DNA from: Sedimentisphaera cyanobacteriorum
GTDB taxonomy: Bacteria; Planctomycetota; Phycisphaerae; Sedimentisphaerales; Sedimentisphaeraceae
DNA length: 32,000 nucleotides
Direction of reading: 5' to 3'
Assembly (NCBI RefSeq): GCF_001997385.1
Contig: NZ_CP019633.1
Coordinates: 1,410,001-1,442,000, forward strand
Of this stretch, positions 15,188-23,836 are shown one piece after another. Position 1 is the first letter of the stretch. Each line of letters opens with the position of its first letter. The notes below the pieces were generated by a model, which was given only the letters and a program-made list of their open reading frames with translations, searched no databases and had not been told where the DNA came from. The translations under genes and the position numbers were made by a program.

Positions 15188-16189
15188 TCAAACTTCTTTA
15201 GAATCGATCCAGCTCATCATCTTACGCAGTTTTCTGCCTACTTCTTCCAGCTGGCAGTCATGATCGGCTTGATATAGAGCCTTGAATCTCTTCAGACCGT
15301 TATTGTACTCATTTATCCATTCTTTTGCAAACTCTCCAGACTGAATTTCTCCAAGAATTTTCTTCATTTCTTTCTTGGTCTCGTCTGTGATGATTCTCGG
15401 GCCGGAGATCATATCGCCCCACTGAGCAGTGTTGGATATGCTGTATCTCATATAGTTGATTCCGCCCTCATACATAAGATCGACAATGAGCTTGACCTCG
15501 TGCATACATTCGAAGTATGCGATTTCAGGCTGATATCCTGCTTCAACGAGAGTTTCAAAGCCTGCTTTTATCAGCGATGTTAGTCCGCCGCAAAGTACTA
15601 CCTGCTCGCCGAAGAGATCTGTTTCTGTTTCCTCTTTGATGGTGGTCTCCAGTATGCCGGCGCGGGCGCCGCCTATACCGTTGCCCCATGCAAGAGCTAC
15701 TTCTCTTCCCTTGCCGGTTTTATCCTGCTCTACAGCTACAAGACACGGTACGCCGCCGCCTTTAACGAATTCGCTCCTTACAAGATGACCAGGGCCCTTA
15801 GGGGCTATCATAACCACATTGTTCTCTTCAGGCACATCGATAAGCCCGAAGTTGATGTTGAATCCGTGGCATACGCCGATTGTCTGGCCGGGCTCGAGAT
15901 TAGGCTTGATGTTTTCGGTGAATATCTTCGCTGTAATCTCATCGGGAAGAGTCATAATGATAAGGTCTGCGCCTTTCATGGCTCCCGCGATGTCTTTGGG
16001 CTCGAAACCGTGCTGCTGGGCAAGCTTATAATTATCAGAGCCTTGAACCTCTGCCACTGCCACCTCAACTCCGCTGTCCCGAAGGTTTTGCGAGTGTGCG
16101 TGTCCCTGGCTGCCGTAGCCAATAACTGCCACCTTGCCCGATTTGAGGGCATCAATAGGTGCATCTTGTTCATACAATACTTTTGCCAT
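15188..16189 (-). CDS. ilvC: Ketol-acid reductoisomerase (class I)
   Basis: VAVIGYGSQGHAHSQNLRDSG, GDMISGPRII and a length of 333 aa. Confidence 0.95.
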   Translation of the reverse strand: MAKVLYEQDAPIDALKSGKVAVIGYGSQGHAHSQNLRDSGVEVAVAEVQGSDNYKLAQQHGFEPKDIAGAMKGADLIIMTLPDEITAKIFTENIKPNLEPGQTIGVCHGFNINFGLIDVPEENNVVMIAPKGPGHLVRSEFVKGGGVPCLVAVEQDKTGKGREVALAWGNGIGGARAGILETTIKEETETDLFGEQVVLCGGLTSLIKAGFETLVEAGYQPEIAYFECMHEVKLIVDLMYEGGINYMRYSISNTAQWGDMISGPRIITDETKKEMKKILGEIQSGEFAKEWINEYNNGLKRFKALYQADHDCQLEEVGRKLRKMMSWIDSKEV

Positions 16190-16223
16190 TATTATCTCCT
16201 GTAATCAAATTATTTCTTAATTG

Positions 16224-16715
16224 CTAACTTTTATCACCTTTGCGGTATCTGGGCATAGCGATAGTACCCGTTCTGGCAGTAGCTTTTATGCCGTAATGCC
16301 GGCAGGCATCTATAAAAGCTTCCATTTTACTCTCAGGGCCTGAAATTTCAACCATAACGTTTTTCGGCCCGATATCAACCACTTTGCCCTCAAACATAGA
16401 AACAAGAGCCTGAATTTCTGCCCTTTTCTCCGCTCGGCAGTGAATATTAATTAGCATAAGGTCTCTTGCCACGACATCTCTTCCGGCAAAATCCTGAATT
16501 TTCACGACAGAAACAATCTTTCCGAGCTGCTTTCTAACCTGCTCGAGAACTTCGCTTCCGCCTACTACAACTATAGTCATTCTGCTGAGGTTCGGGTCGT
16601 CTGTTCTTCCAACTGCGAGGGAATCAATGTTGAAGGCCCTTGCAGCGAACATACCGGCAACGTGTGCCAGTACACCAGGCTTATTCTGAACCAGAGCGCT
16701 TATTACATGCTTCAA
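16224..16715 (-). CDS. ilvN: Acetolactate synthase small (regulatory) subunit
   Basis: (M)KHVISALVQNKPGVLAHVAGMFAARAFNIDSLAVGRT is the ACT domain typical of IlvN/IlvH. The start is assigned to the TTG at 16715, 6 nt after GGGAGA. The longer listed ORF overlaps ilvB and is rejected. Confidence 0.85.
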   Translation of the reverse strand: MKHVISALVQNKPGVLAHVAGMFAARAFNIDSLAVGRTDDPNLSRMTIVVVGGSEVLEQVRKQLGKIVSVVKIQDFAGRDVVARDLMLINIHCRAEKRAEIQALVSMFEGKVVDIGPKNVMVEISGPESKMEAFIDACRHYGIKATARTGTIAMPRYRKGDKS

Positions 16716-16731
16716 TTTCAATCTCCCAGAA

Positions 16732-18438
16732 TTAAGGCATTTTTTCAAAGATTTCCAGGCCGGCCATTTCATCGAGCGCTTTGCCCGGTGAAACCATAGG
16801 CCACACATTTTCCTCTGCCTCTATGCGGCAGTCCAGCACGCACGGGCCGTCGTAGGAAAGCATCTTTTCTACAGCTCCGGGAACTTCATCTTTTCTCTCG
16901 ATGCTTATTCCGCCTGCTCCGAGCGCCTTTGCCACTTCCGCAAAGTTAGGATTCAAGAGGTGGCTGTGTGAATATCTTCTCTGATAGAAAAGCTCCTGCC
17001 ACTGCCTGACCATCCCCATATATCCGTTGTTTAGGACAACTGCTTTGACGGGCAGATTGTACATTACAGCGGTTGAAAGCTCGGTCAATGTCATATTGAA
17101 GCTGCTGTCGCCGTCGATATCTATCACTGTGCTTTCCGGCCTTGCAACCTGAGCGCCGATTGCCGAAGGCAGTCCGAAGCCCATAGTTCCGAGCCCGCCG
17201 CTGGTGATGAACTGACGGGGGTACTTGTATTTGTAAAACTGAGCTGCCCACATCTGATGCTGGCCTACGCCTGTTGTGATTGTGGCCTCTCCCTTGGTCT
17301 GATTCCACAGCTCTTCGATAACATACTGAGGCTTTATGTTTGAGGCGTTTTTGTCGTAGGTGAAAGGATGCGCCTTCTTCCATTCGCTTATCTGGGCGAA
17401 CCACGACTCACGAGGCTTGTGTTCAAGCAGCTCTGTTATCTCAGGGAGAACCAGCTTCGCATCGCCTACCACAGGTACGTGAACCTGAACGTTTTTGGAT
17501 ATGCTTGCAGGATCTATATCTACATGAAGGATCTTTGCGTTCGGGCAGAACCGCTTTAGCTGACCGGTAACTCTGTCGTCGAAGCGAGAGCCTACAGCGA
17601 TGAGCAGATCCGAATTCTGAACTGCCATATTTGCGTAAGCCGCTCCGTGCATACCGAGCATATCTATCGAAAGCGGGCTGTTCTGGTCGAAAGCTCCCAT
17701 GCCCATCAATGTGGTTGTAACGGGGATATTGGCCTTCTCGGCCAGAGCCGTAATCTCTCGGGAGGAATTAGAGATGATTACACCGCCCCCAACATAAAGC
17801 ACCGGCCTTTCGCTCTTGTTTATTGCATCAGCTGCTGCTTCGATTTGCTTTTTGTGTCCTTCAACCCGCGGCTTGTAGCCGGGCATATCAATCTCAGAGG
17901 GAGGATTGAGCCTTCCAGTACCCACTGATACATCTACCGGAATATCAACCAGCACCGGCCCTGGCCTTCCTGTTGAGGCGATATAGAAGGCCTGCCTGAG
18001 CTCTTCAGCCAGATTGTTTACATCCTTTACAATTATATTGTGCTTTGTGATGGGACGTGTTATGCCTGTGGTGTCCACTTCCTGAAACGCATCCCCGCCG
18101 ATCAGCTCGGTACGAACCTGTCCGGTAAGGGCAACCATCGGGACAGAATCCATCATAGCATTCGCTATTCCAGTGGTTAGGTTTGTAGCTCCAGGGCCGG
18201 ATGTTGCAATGCAGACTCCTGTTTTTCCCGTGCAGCGGGCATAGGCATCTGCCATATGAGCCCCGCCCTGTTCGTGGCGCGGCGTGATAAACCTTATATC
18301 AGTATCGTAAAGCTTATCAAATATAGGAAGGACGACACCGCCAAGATAGCCGAACATAGTATCTACGCCCTGCTCCTTGAGGATTTCAACAATAATCTGA
18401 GCACCCTGCATCTGAGGTGCATTAGAAGAATTTTTCAT
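16732..18438 (-). CDS. ilvB: Acetolactate synthase large (catalytic) subunit, biosynthetic type
   Basis: GAQIIVEILKEQGVDTMFGYLGG..., SGPGATNLTTGIANA and the TPP motif GLGTMGFGLPSAIGA...IDIDGDSSFNM. AGGAGA RBS is present. Confidence 0.95.
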   Translation of the reverse strand: MKNSSNAPQMQGAQIIVEILKEQGVDTMFGYLGGVVLPIFDKLYDTDIRFITPRHEQGGAHMADAYARCTGKTGVCIATSGPGATNLTTGIANAMMDSVPMVALTGQVRTELIGGDAFQEVDTTGITRPITKHNIIVKDVNNLAEELRQAFYIASTGRPGPVLVDIPVDVSVGTGRLNPPSEIDMPGYKPRVEGHKKQIEAAADAINKSERPVLYVGGGVIISNSSREITALAEKANIPVTTTLMGMGAFDQNSPLSIDMLGMHGAAYANMAVQNSDLLIAVGSRFDDRVTGQLKRFCPNAKILHVDIDPASISKNVQVHVPVVGDAKLVLPEITELLEHKPRESWFAQISEWKKAHPFTYDKNASNIKPQYVIEELWNQTKGEATITTGVGQHQMWAAQFYKYKYPRQFITSGGLGTMGFGLPSAIGAQVARPESTVIDIDGDSSFNMTLTELSTAVMYNLPVKAVVLNNGYMGMVRQWQELFYQRRYSHSHLLNPNFAEVAKALGAGGISIERKDEVPGAVEKMLSYDGPCVLDCRIEAEENVWPMVSPGKALDEMAGLEIFEKMP

Positions 18439-18638
18439 TGTATTCTCCTGACTAACTTTATTTTAGCTATATACAGCACAGCAGTACGCGCGGCCGTCAG
18501 CCTGCGCCCCTGAGAGCTTTTCTAAAAAAGCATACAGAGCATCGCAAGCCCGCAAGGCCAAATCCGCTGAGCCTTTTATCACATCCTGTTTCGTGAATCA
18601 GGCGCTTCAGACTGCTTTTACAGACCGAAACATAAGCA

Positions 18639-18665
18639 ATTATAACGCAACTTTGAACTTGTCAA
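18639..18665 (-). promoter_or_regulatory. Candidate sigma70-type promoter for ilvB-ilvN-ilvC
   Basis: On the minus strand, TTGACA (18665-18660) and TATAAT (18644-18639) are both consensus hexamers, but the spacer is only 15 nt. This would give a ~190-nt leader. Confidence 0.4.
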
Positions 18666-18790
18666 AGAAAAATAAGTATGAAAATTGAAGTTTTTTATTT
18701 TTTAAATTTTTGAATCGGCAATTTATATGTTAATATCTCTAAAGAAGATGTTTTCTGAAACAGAATATGATTTATCTAAAGGAGAATCTT

Positions 18791-19843
18791 ATGAGTAATA
18801 ATCTGGAATCAATTCTCGGAAGTGAGGCCAAGGGGCTTCTGGAACACCAATGCAAAACTATTGATAACCAAATGCTCCATCTGCCCGGCCCTGATTTTGT
18901 TGACAGGGTTGTCTCGCAGACCGACCGCGGGCCTCGTGTGCTGAGGAATCTGCAAAACGTTTTCGAGCACGGACGCCTCGGCGGGACGGGATACCTTTCG
19001 ATACTCCCCGTTGACCAAGGAATCGAGCATACTGCGGGGGCATCTTTCGCTCCGAATCCGATTTACTTCGACCCTGAGAATATCGTTAAGCTTGCGATTG
19101 AGGCAGGCTGCAATGCAGTAGCGTCCACATTCGGCGTGCTTGGAGCGGTTTCGAGGAAATACGCCCACAAGATTCCGTTTATCGTAAAGATAAACCACAA
19201 TGAACTGCTCACCTATCCAAACACGTTCGACCAGAGGCTCTTTGCAAGCGTAGAACAGTCTTACAATCTCGGAGCTGCGGGCATAGGAGCTACAATATAC
19301 TTCGGTTCAGAGGAATCAAACAGGCAGATTGAGGAGATAGCAAACGCATTTGAAATCGCCCACAGCCTTGGAATGTTTACTGTGCTTTGGTGTTATTTGC
19401 GGAACAACGACTTCAAGACCGGCGGGAAAGACTACCATACCTCCGCTGATATGACCAGCCAAGCAAACCACCTCGGTGTTACAATCGAGGCCGATCTGAT
19501 CAAGCAGAAACAGCCCACGCTCAACGGCGGGTTTAAGGATATCGGATTCTCCAAAACCAGCGATCTGGTTTACAACAAACTCACAAGCGATAACCCGATA
19601 GACCTAACGAGATATCAGGTTGCCAACTGCTATATGGGAAGAGGAGGCCTAATAAACTCCGGCGGGCCTTCAGGCGAAAACGACCTCCAGCAGGTGGTTA
19701 AAAGCGCAGTTATAAATAAACGTGCCGGCGGAATGGGGCTTATCAGCGGAAGGAAAACCTTCCAGAAGCCGATGGATGAAGGAGTTAAGATATTCCACGC
19801 AATCCAGGATGTTTATCTGGATGATAACGTTACTATCGCTTAG
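18791..19843 (+). CDS. fbaB: Class I fructose-bisphosphate aldolase (FbaB/DhnA family)
   Basis: There is near end-to-end similarity to E. coli FbaB as I recall it ([49 protein letters not shown]). The start is assigned to the ATG at 18791, preceded by AGGAGA. Confidence 0.95.
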   Translation: MSNNLESILGSEAKGLLEHQCKTIDNQMLHLPGPDFVDRVVSQTDRGPRVLRNLQNVFEHGRLGGTGYLSILPVDQGIEHTAGASFAPNPIYFDPENIVKLAIEAGCNAVASTFGVLGAVSRKYAHKIPFIVKINHNELLTYPNTFDQRLFASVEQSYNLGAAGIGATIYFGSEESNRQIEEIANAFEIAHSLGMFTVLWCYLRNNDFKTGGKDYHTSADMTSQANHLGVTIEADLIKQKQPTLNGGFKDIGFSKTSDLVYNKLTSDNPIDLTRYQVANCYMGRGGLINSGGPSGENDLQQVVKSAVINKRAGGMGLISGRKTFQKPMDEGVKIFHAIQDVYLDDNVTIA

Positions 19844-19924
19844 AGCTCAGATTATTGATCAAATCTTAATCTGATAAAAAGCCTTTATGGAATTACCCTG
19901 AAGTTGAAAGCATTATCAAGAAGC

Positions 19925-19955
19925 AAAAAATGGGGCGTCCGAAATGGAACGCCCC
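19925..19955. terminator. Bidirectional intrinsic terminator between convergent fbaB and the flavodoxin operon
   Basis: Stem GGGGCGT (19932-19938) / ACGCCCC (19949-19955). It is flanked by AAAAAA on the left (a T-run on the minus strand) and a T-rich stretch on the right. Confidence 0.65.
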
Positions 19956-20012
19956 TTCATTTCAATAATGTTTTTTGGTGTATGATTGTTAAGCAGGTTC
20001 TCGCTGAAAGAT

Positions 20013-20489
20013 TTATTCCGCAATTTTGAGCGTAAGCTCTGCGATACGCTTTCCAAATCTTTTGCACTGCTTCTCTACTCTTTCATTCGGCTTTGAAAGC
20101 GATACGGGGCCGTAATGGTCGCCCTGAGGGTCGCCCTGAATTACAAACCCGTGCACAAGAAGGCAGCTGAGTATGCCCATAAGCGTGGTTTCATTTCCCC
20201 CGCCCACATTCACAGCACTTGTAAACGCACCTCCGACTTTTCCGTCGAACCGGCCATGCCTTTTTACAGTCTCATCGAGGAGCTTCTTCATTTCGCCTGC
20301 CATCTGTCCGTAGTATGTTGGCGACCCGAGAATCACAGCATCAGCTTCTGCCAGCTCTTCCACAGTTACATCTGCTACAGCCTTGCATTCAGATTCGAGA
20401 CTGCTCTCACTGATCGAATCAGAGATCAGCTCGGCCATACGTTTGGTATTTCCGCTGCGTGAGTAGTATATAACAAGTGCTTTAGCCAT
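20013..20489 (-). CDS. Flavodoxin-family protein (FMN-binding)
   Basis: MAKALVIYYSRSGNTKRMAE (FMN phosphate loop), AVILGSPTYYGQM and GKVGGAFTS. Confidence 0.8.
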   Translation of the reverse strand: MAKALVIYYSRSGNTKRMAELISDSISESSLESECKAVADVTVEELAEADAVILGSPTYYGQMAGEMKKLLDETVKRHGRFDGKVGGAFTSAVNVGGGNETTLMGILSCLLVHGFVIQGDPQGDHYGPVSLSKPNERVEKQCKRFGKRIAELTLKIAE

Positions 20490-21243
20490 TTTTTTCTCCC
20501 TTTGATTTACTTCCGGTTTTTTCTAATCTCTTTATATTCTCTGAAAAGCCTTCAGGAGTTTCAACGGAAAAATCTTTTCTTTTGATTTTTTCGTCTATCT
20601 TTATGCCGCTGAAGCTGATCTGCATTGTTTCGCTCTGGCCTTTGAGCTTTGCGGTTATCTTCTTCGGAACAAACAGTTCTTTATCAATATCTATGACGAG
20701 CTCTTTGTTTTTATCGCTTTTCTCGCCGGGCTTAAGGCCGAGGGAAATGTTTTTCTCATTTTCCTCAAGCAGTGTAATCTTATAGTCTTGCTTAAGCTTC
20801 TTTCTGCTGCCAAAGCCTACAATAGGGAAATCCTCGGCAAGAAGGTCTAAGGTGCCGATAGGTTTATCCTCAGGCGCAAGCTGCACCCTTGAAACCTGCT
20901 TCAAAGGATAGTCGAATTTTACCAGCCATACGCCGTTGAAAACGTATCTCTTCTTTTCCTTTATCGGCTCCCCGTCATCTTTTTTCTTTGTAAGGAAAAC
21001 AACCGCCGCCTTTTCTCTTTTTCTGCCATCCGCTTTTTGTCTGAAAAAGGAAAATCTGCCAGAATATTCAGTTTTAGTTTCGAAAATCCCGTTATCTTCT
21101 TCTATTGTGTATTTAATCTCGCTTCTGAGCGAGGATATGGAGTCTGCACGCTTCTCAAGCTTTGTTATTATCTTTTCAATCTTTTCCCCTCCTGCAAGCA
21201 AAGCTGAAGAGATTATTACAAGTGTTATGAAAAATCTGCGCAT
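20482..21243 (-). CDS. LolA-like / outer-membrane lipoprotein-sorting-like secreted protein
   Basis: Signal peptide MRRFFITLVIISSALLAG. The layout is typical of the LolA-like fold (..SLRSEIKYT.., YVFNGVWLVKFDYPLKQV, LGLKPGEK.., ISFSGIKIDEKIKRKDFSVETPEGF). It overlaps the flavodoxin start by 8 nt. Confidence 0.55.
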   Translation of the reverse strand: MRRFFITLVIISSALLAGGEKIEKIITKLEKRADSISSLRSEIKYTIEEDNGIFETKTEYSGRFSFFRQKADGRKREKAAVVFLTKKKDDGEPIKEKKRYVFNGVWLVKFDYPLKQVSRVQLAPEDKPIGTLDLLAEDFPIVGFGSRKKLKQDYKITLLEENEKNISLGLKPGEKSDKNKELVIDIDKELFVPKKITAKLKGQSETMQISFSGIKIDEKIKRKDFSVETPEGFSENIKRLEKTGSKSKGEKNG

Positions 21244-21349
21244 TTATATTCCTTTAACTAATCAAAATCAATTATTAGTAATAGTTCAGAAGTAATATTG
21301 TTCGCCTGTGGAGCAATACAGCTTCAGCCTTCACTCAGACCTTGCTGAA

Positions 21350-21775
21350 TTATAGTATAACATCGCTGCTTAAGACGTTCAGGCCTTTTTCGCTGAGAAC
21401 ATTTGCTGCCTTTTCGGGATTCTCAAATCGGAAGACCATAATCGCCTTGCCCTGCTGTCTTTCCATAAAGCCGTACATATACTCAACGTTCAGCCCGTTA
21501 TCGGTAACAGTATCTAATACTTCAGACAGCCCGCCCGGGCGGTCCTGTATCTCCACAGCCACTACGTCAGTTATGTTTGCAGTTACATTATTATTCCGCA
21601 AAACTTCGATCGCCTTTTCGGGCTTGTTCACAATCACCCTCATAACGCCGAAGGATTCTGTTTCTGCGATATTCAGCGCCCTTATGTCTATATCGTTCTT
21701 GCCGAAAAGCCGGCACACCTCAGAGAGCCTTCCTGCTCTGTTCTCAAGAAAAACTGATATCTGAGTAATCTTCAT
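21350..21775 (-). CDS. ACT domain-containing protein (tandem ACT)
   Basis: MKITQISVFLENRAGRLSEVCRLF... and VVAVEIQDRPGGLSEVLDTV... are two ACT-type beta-alpha-beta-beta-alpha-beta units. This is a typical partner of PaaK-like ligases in anaerobes. Confidence 0.8.
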   Translation of the reverse strand: MKITQISVFLENRAGRLSEVCRLFGKNDIDIRALNIAETESFGVMRVIVNKPEKAIEVLRNNNVTANITDVVAVEIQDRPGGLSEVLDTVTDNGLNVEYMYGFMERQQGKAIMVFRFENPEKAANVLSEKGLNVLSSDVIL

Positions 21776-21798
21776 TTCTCACCTCACAAATTGCGGGA

Positions 21799-23103
21799 TT
21801 ATTTCTGCCCTCTTTTGTCAATAACTCGCTTAGCCTTCCCTTCGCTCCTTGCAACCGTCCCGGGCTCGACAAGCCTTACTTTAACGCCCAGAGAAAGCAC
21901 CGAATCCATCTTTTCTTTAATCTGCCTCTCAAGGGCCTCGAGCTGCTTGATCTCATCAGAGAACATCTGCTGCTCAACCTCAACCTGAATCTCTATCGTA
22001 TCCATCCCGCTTTCAGCACGGTCAACGATGATCTGATAGTGAGGCTGAGTGCCTCTTATGCTGAGAAGGACATCTTCAATCTGAGACGGGAATACGTTTA
22101 TCCCTCGTATAATCATCATATCATCAGTTCTGCCCTTAATTTTGCTGAGTCTCGGGCTCGTGCGTCCGCAGCGGCAGGGAGAAACATCCATACTCACAAT
22201 ATCCCTCGTGCGGTATCTGATAAGCGGGATTCCCACTTTCGTAAGCGTTGTTATAACCAGCTCGCCGTCTTCTCCGGGCGGGAGCTGCCTGCCTGTGGCC
22301 GGGTCTATTATCTCAGGGTAGAATACATCGCTGAATATGTGCAGGCCGGCTTTGTATGTACATTCCTGACATACGCCCGGCCCGATTATCTCGCTTAGTC
22401 CGTAGATGTCCGTTGCAATCAGGCCGAGAGACTCTTCGATTTCATCTCTCATCGAATCGCTCCACGGCTCTGCGCCGAAAATACCAATCTCCCAGCTGCT
22501 CTTTGCCGGATCAAGGCCTGCCTTTCTCGCTTCGTCTGCCATATACAAAGCGTAGCTCGGCGTGCAGGCGATTATGCGGGGCTTGAAGTCCTGCATCATC
22601 TTCAGCTGACGCTGGGTGTTCCCGCTGGAGGCGGGGATCACTGTCAGCCCCATCTCGATTCCGCCGTAATGAAGGCCGAGACCGCCTGTGAAAAGCCCGT
22701 ACCCATAGGCAACCTGAAGCATATCGCCCTGCTCTGCCCCAGCAAGGCATAGACACCTTGCCACTACCGTAGCCCATAGCTGGAGGTCTTCCTTGGTATA
22801 TCCCACAACTGTAGGGTTACCTGTAGTGCCGCTGGAAACGTGCACCTCCGAGAGCCTTTTTACATCTGTGGAGAAAAGCCCGAAGGGGTAGCTGTCTCGA
22901 AGGTCTGTCTTGTTTGTAAAGGGAAGCTTTTCGATGTCTTCAAGTCCGTTGATCTCTGAGGGGTTCAAGCCTTCTCTGTCCAGCTTGGCTCTGTAAAAAT
23001 CCGAGTTCTGGTAAACGTATTTTACCAGCCTTGAAAGCCTGGCAGACTGAATCTCTCTGAGTTTATCCAGAGGCATCTGCTCGATTTCTTTGTTCCAAAT
23101 CAT
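21799..23103 (-). CDS. Phenylacetate-CoA ligase family (PaaK-like adenylate-forming enzyme)
   Basis: VHVSSGTTGNPTVVGYT (AMP-binding P-loop), YGLSEIIGPGV, RYRTRDI and KIKGRTDDMMIIRGINVFP. Confidence 0.85.
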   Translation of the reverse strand: MIWNKEIEQMPLDKLREIQSARLSRLVKYVYQNSDFYRAKLDREGLNPSEINGLEDIEKLPFTNKTDLRDSYPFGLFSTDVKRLSEVHVSSGTTGNPTVVGYTKEDLQLWATVVARCLCLAGAEQGDMLQVAYGYGLFTGGLGLHYGGIEMGLTVIPASSGNTQRQLKMMQDFKPRIIACTPSYALYMADEARKAGLDPAKSSWEIGIFGAEPWSDSMRDEIEESLGLIATDIYGLSEIIGPGVCQECTYKAGLHIFSDVFYPEIIDPATGRQLPPGEDGELVITTLTKVGIPLIRYRTRDIVSMDVSPCRCGRTSPRLSKIKGRTDDMMIIRGINVFPSQIEDVLLSIRGTQPHYQIIVDRAESGMDTIEIQVEVEQQMFSDEIKQLEALERQIKEKMDSVLSLGVKVRLVEPGTVARSEGKAKRVIDKRGQK

Positions 23104-23296
23104 TTCCGCACCGAGACTATAATATCATTTTCAATTTCAATGCTCCAACAAAGAGGATTATAATAAACTGAAACGTAATTATCAAGAAAAGGGTATTGCT
23201 ATTCGGTGATAAACTTAAGAAAAAGAAGAAAAATTGTTAAATTAGAAAAAATTTTCGTAAAATAACGCTCACTTCGGATAAGACACTATTAGAGAA

Positions 23297-23836
23297 ATGG
23301 AAAAGTTTAATGAAGACAGACGAGACGAAGATACAAACCGCTTTTTAAGACTTCTTATCAAGCATGAGAAACGCGTTTACGCGTTTATACTCTCTTTGGT
23401 ATCGAATTCGAACGATGCAGACGATATCATGCAGGAAGTTACCACTGTAATGTGGAAGAAATTCCCGAATTACAAAGAGACTATGAACTTCAGAAGCTGG
23501 GCGATGACGATCGCAAAGTATCAGGTGCTCAGCTTTTACAAGAAAAACAAAAACAGGAAAGTTAGGTTCAGCAGCGATCTGCTGGATCTAATCGAACAGG
23601 ACTACTGCAGCAGAGAGCCTGTTGATGAACAAAGCGAACTGCTTGAATTATGTATAAAAGAATTGAAGACCCAAGACAGGGACATAATCCGTCTGAGATA
23701 TGAAGATAACCTCACCCTAAAGAGCATTGGGGCTAAGATTTCCAAATCTGCAAGGGCAGCCCATTACGCCCTTGCAAGGATACACAAGCTTCTGATGAAT
23801 TGCGTGAACAGGAAGAAAGCAAGAAATGACCTCTAA
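23297..23836 (+). CDS. ECF-type RNA polymerase sigma-70 family factor
   Basis: Region 2 is DADDIMQEVTTVMWKKF...FRSWAMTIAKYQVLSFYKK. Region 4 is RDIIRLRYEDNLTLKSIGAKISKSARAAHYALARI. Confidence 0.85.
   Translation: MEKFNEDRRDEDTNRFLRLLIKHEKRVYAFILSLVSNSNDADDIMQEVTTVMWKKFPNYKETMNFRSWAMTIAKYQVLSFYKKNKNRKVRFSSDLLDLIEQDYCSREPVDEQSELLELCIKELKTQDRDIIRLRYEDNLTLKSIGAKISKSARAAHYALARIHKLLMNCVNRKKARNDL

Noticed and set aside
16716-16808. An upstream extension of the ilvN ORF (MCGLWFHRAKRS...).
   Set aside because: It overlaps the 3' end of ilvB in another frame. The conserved IlvN N-terminus (KHVISALVQNKPGVL) begins at the TTG preceded by GGGAGA.
18767-18790. An upstream start for fbaB (MIYLKENL...), and likewise 13369-13389 for the Cys-rich ORF.
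   Set aside because: The downstream ATGs are each preceded by AGGAGA at proper spacing and match the expected protein N-termini.
21342-21764. A 140-aa plus-strand ORF almost exactly mirroring the ACT-domain gene.
   Set aside because: The minus-strand product has two clean ACT repeats. The plus-strand product is S/T/F-rich with no recognisable fold.
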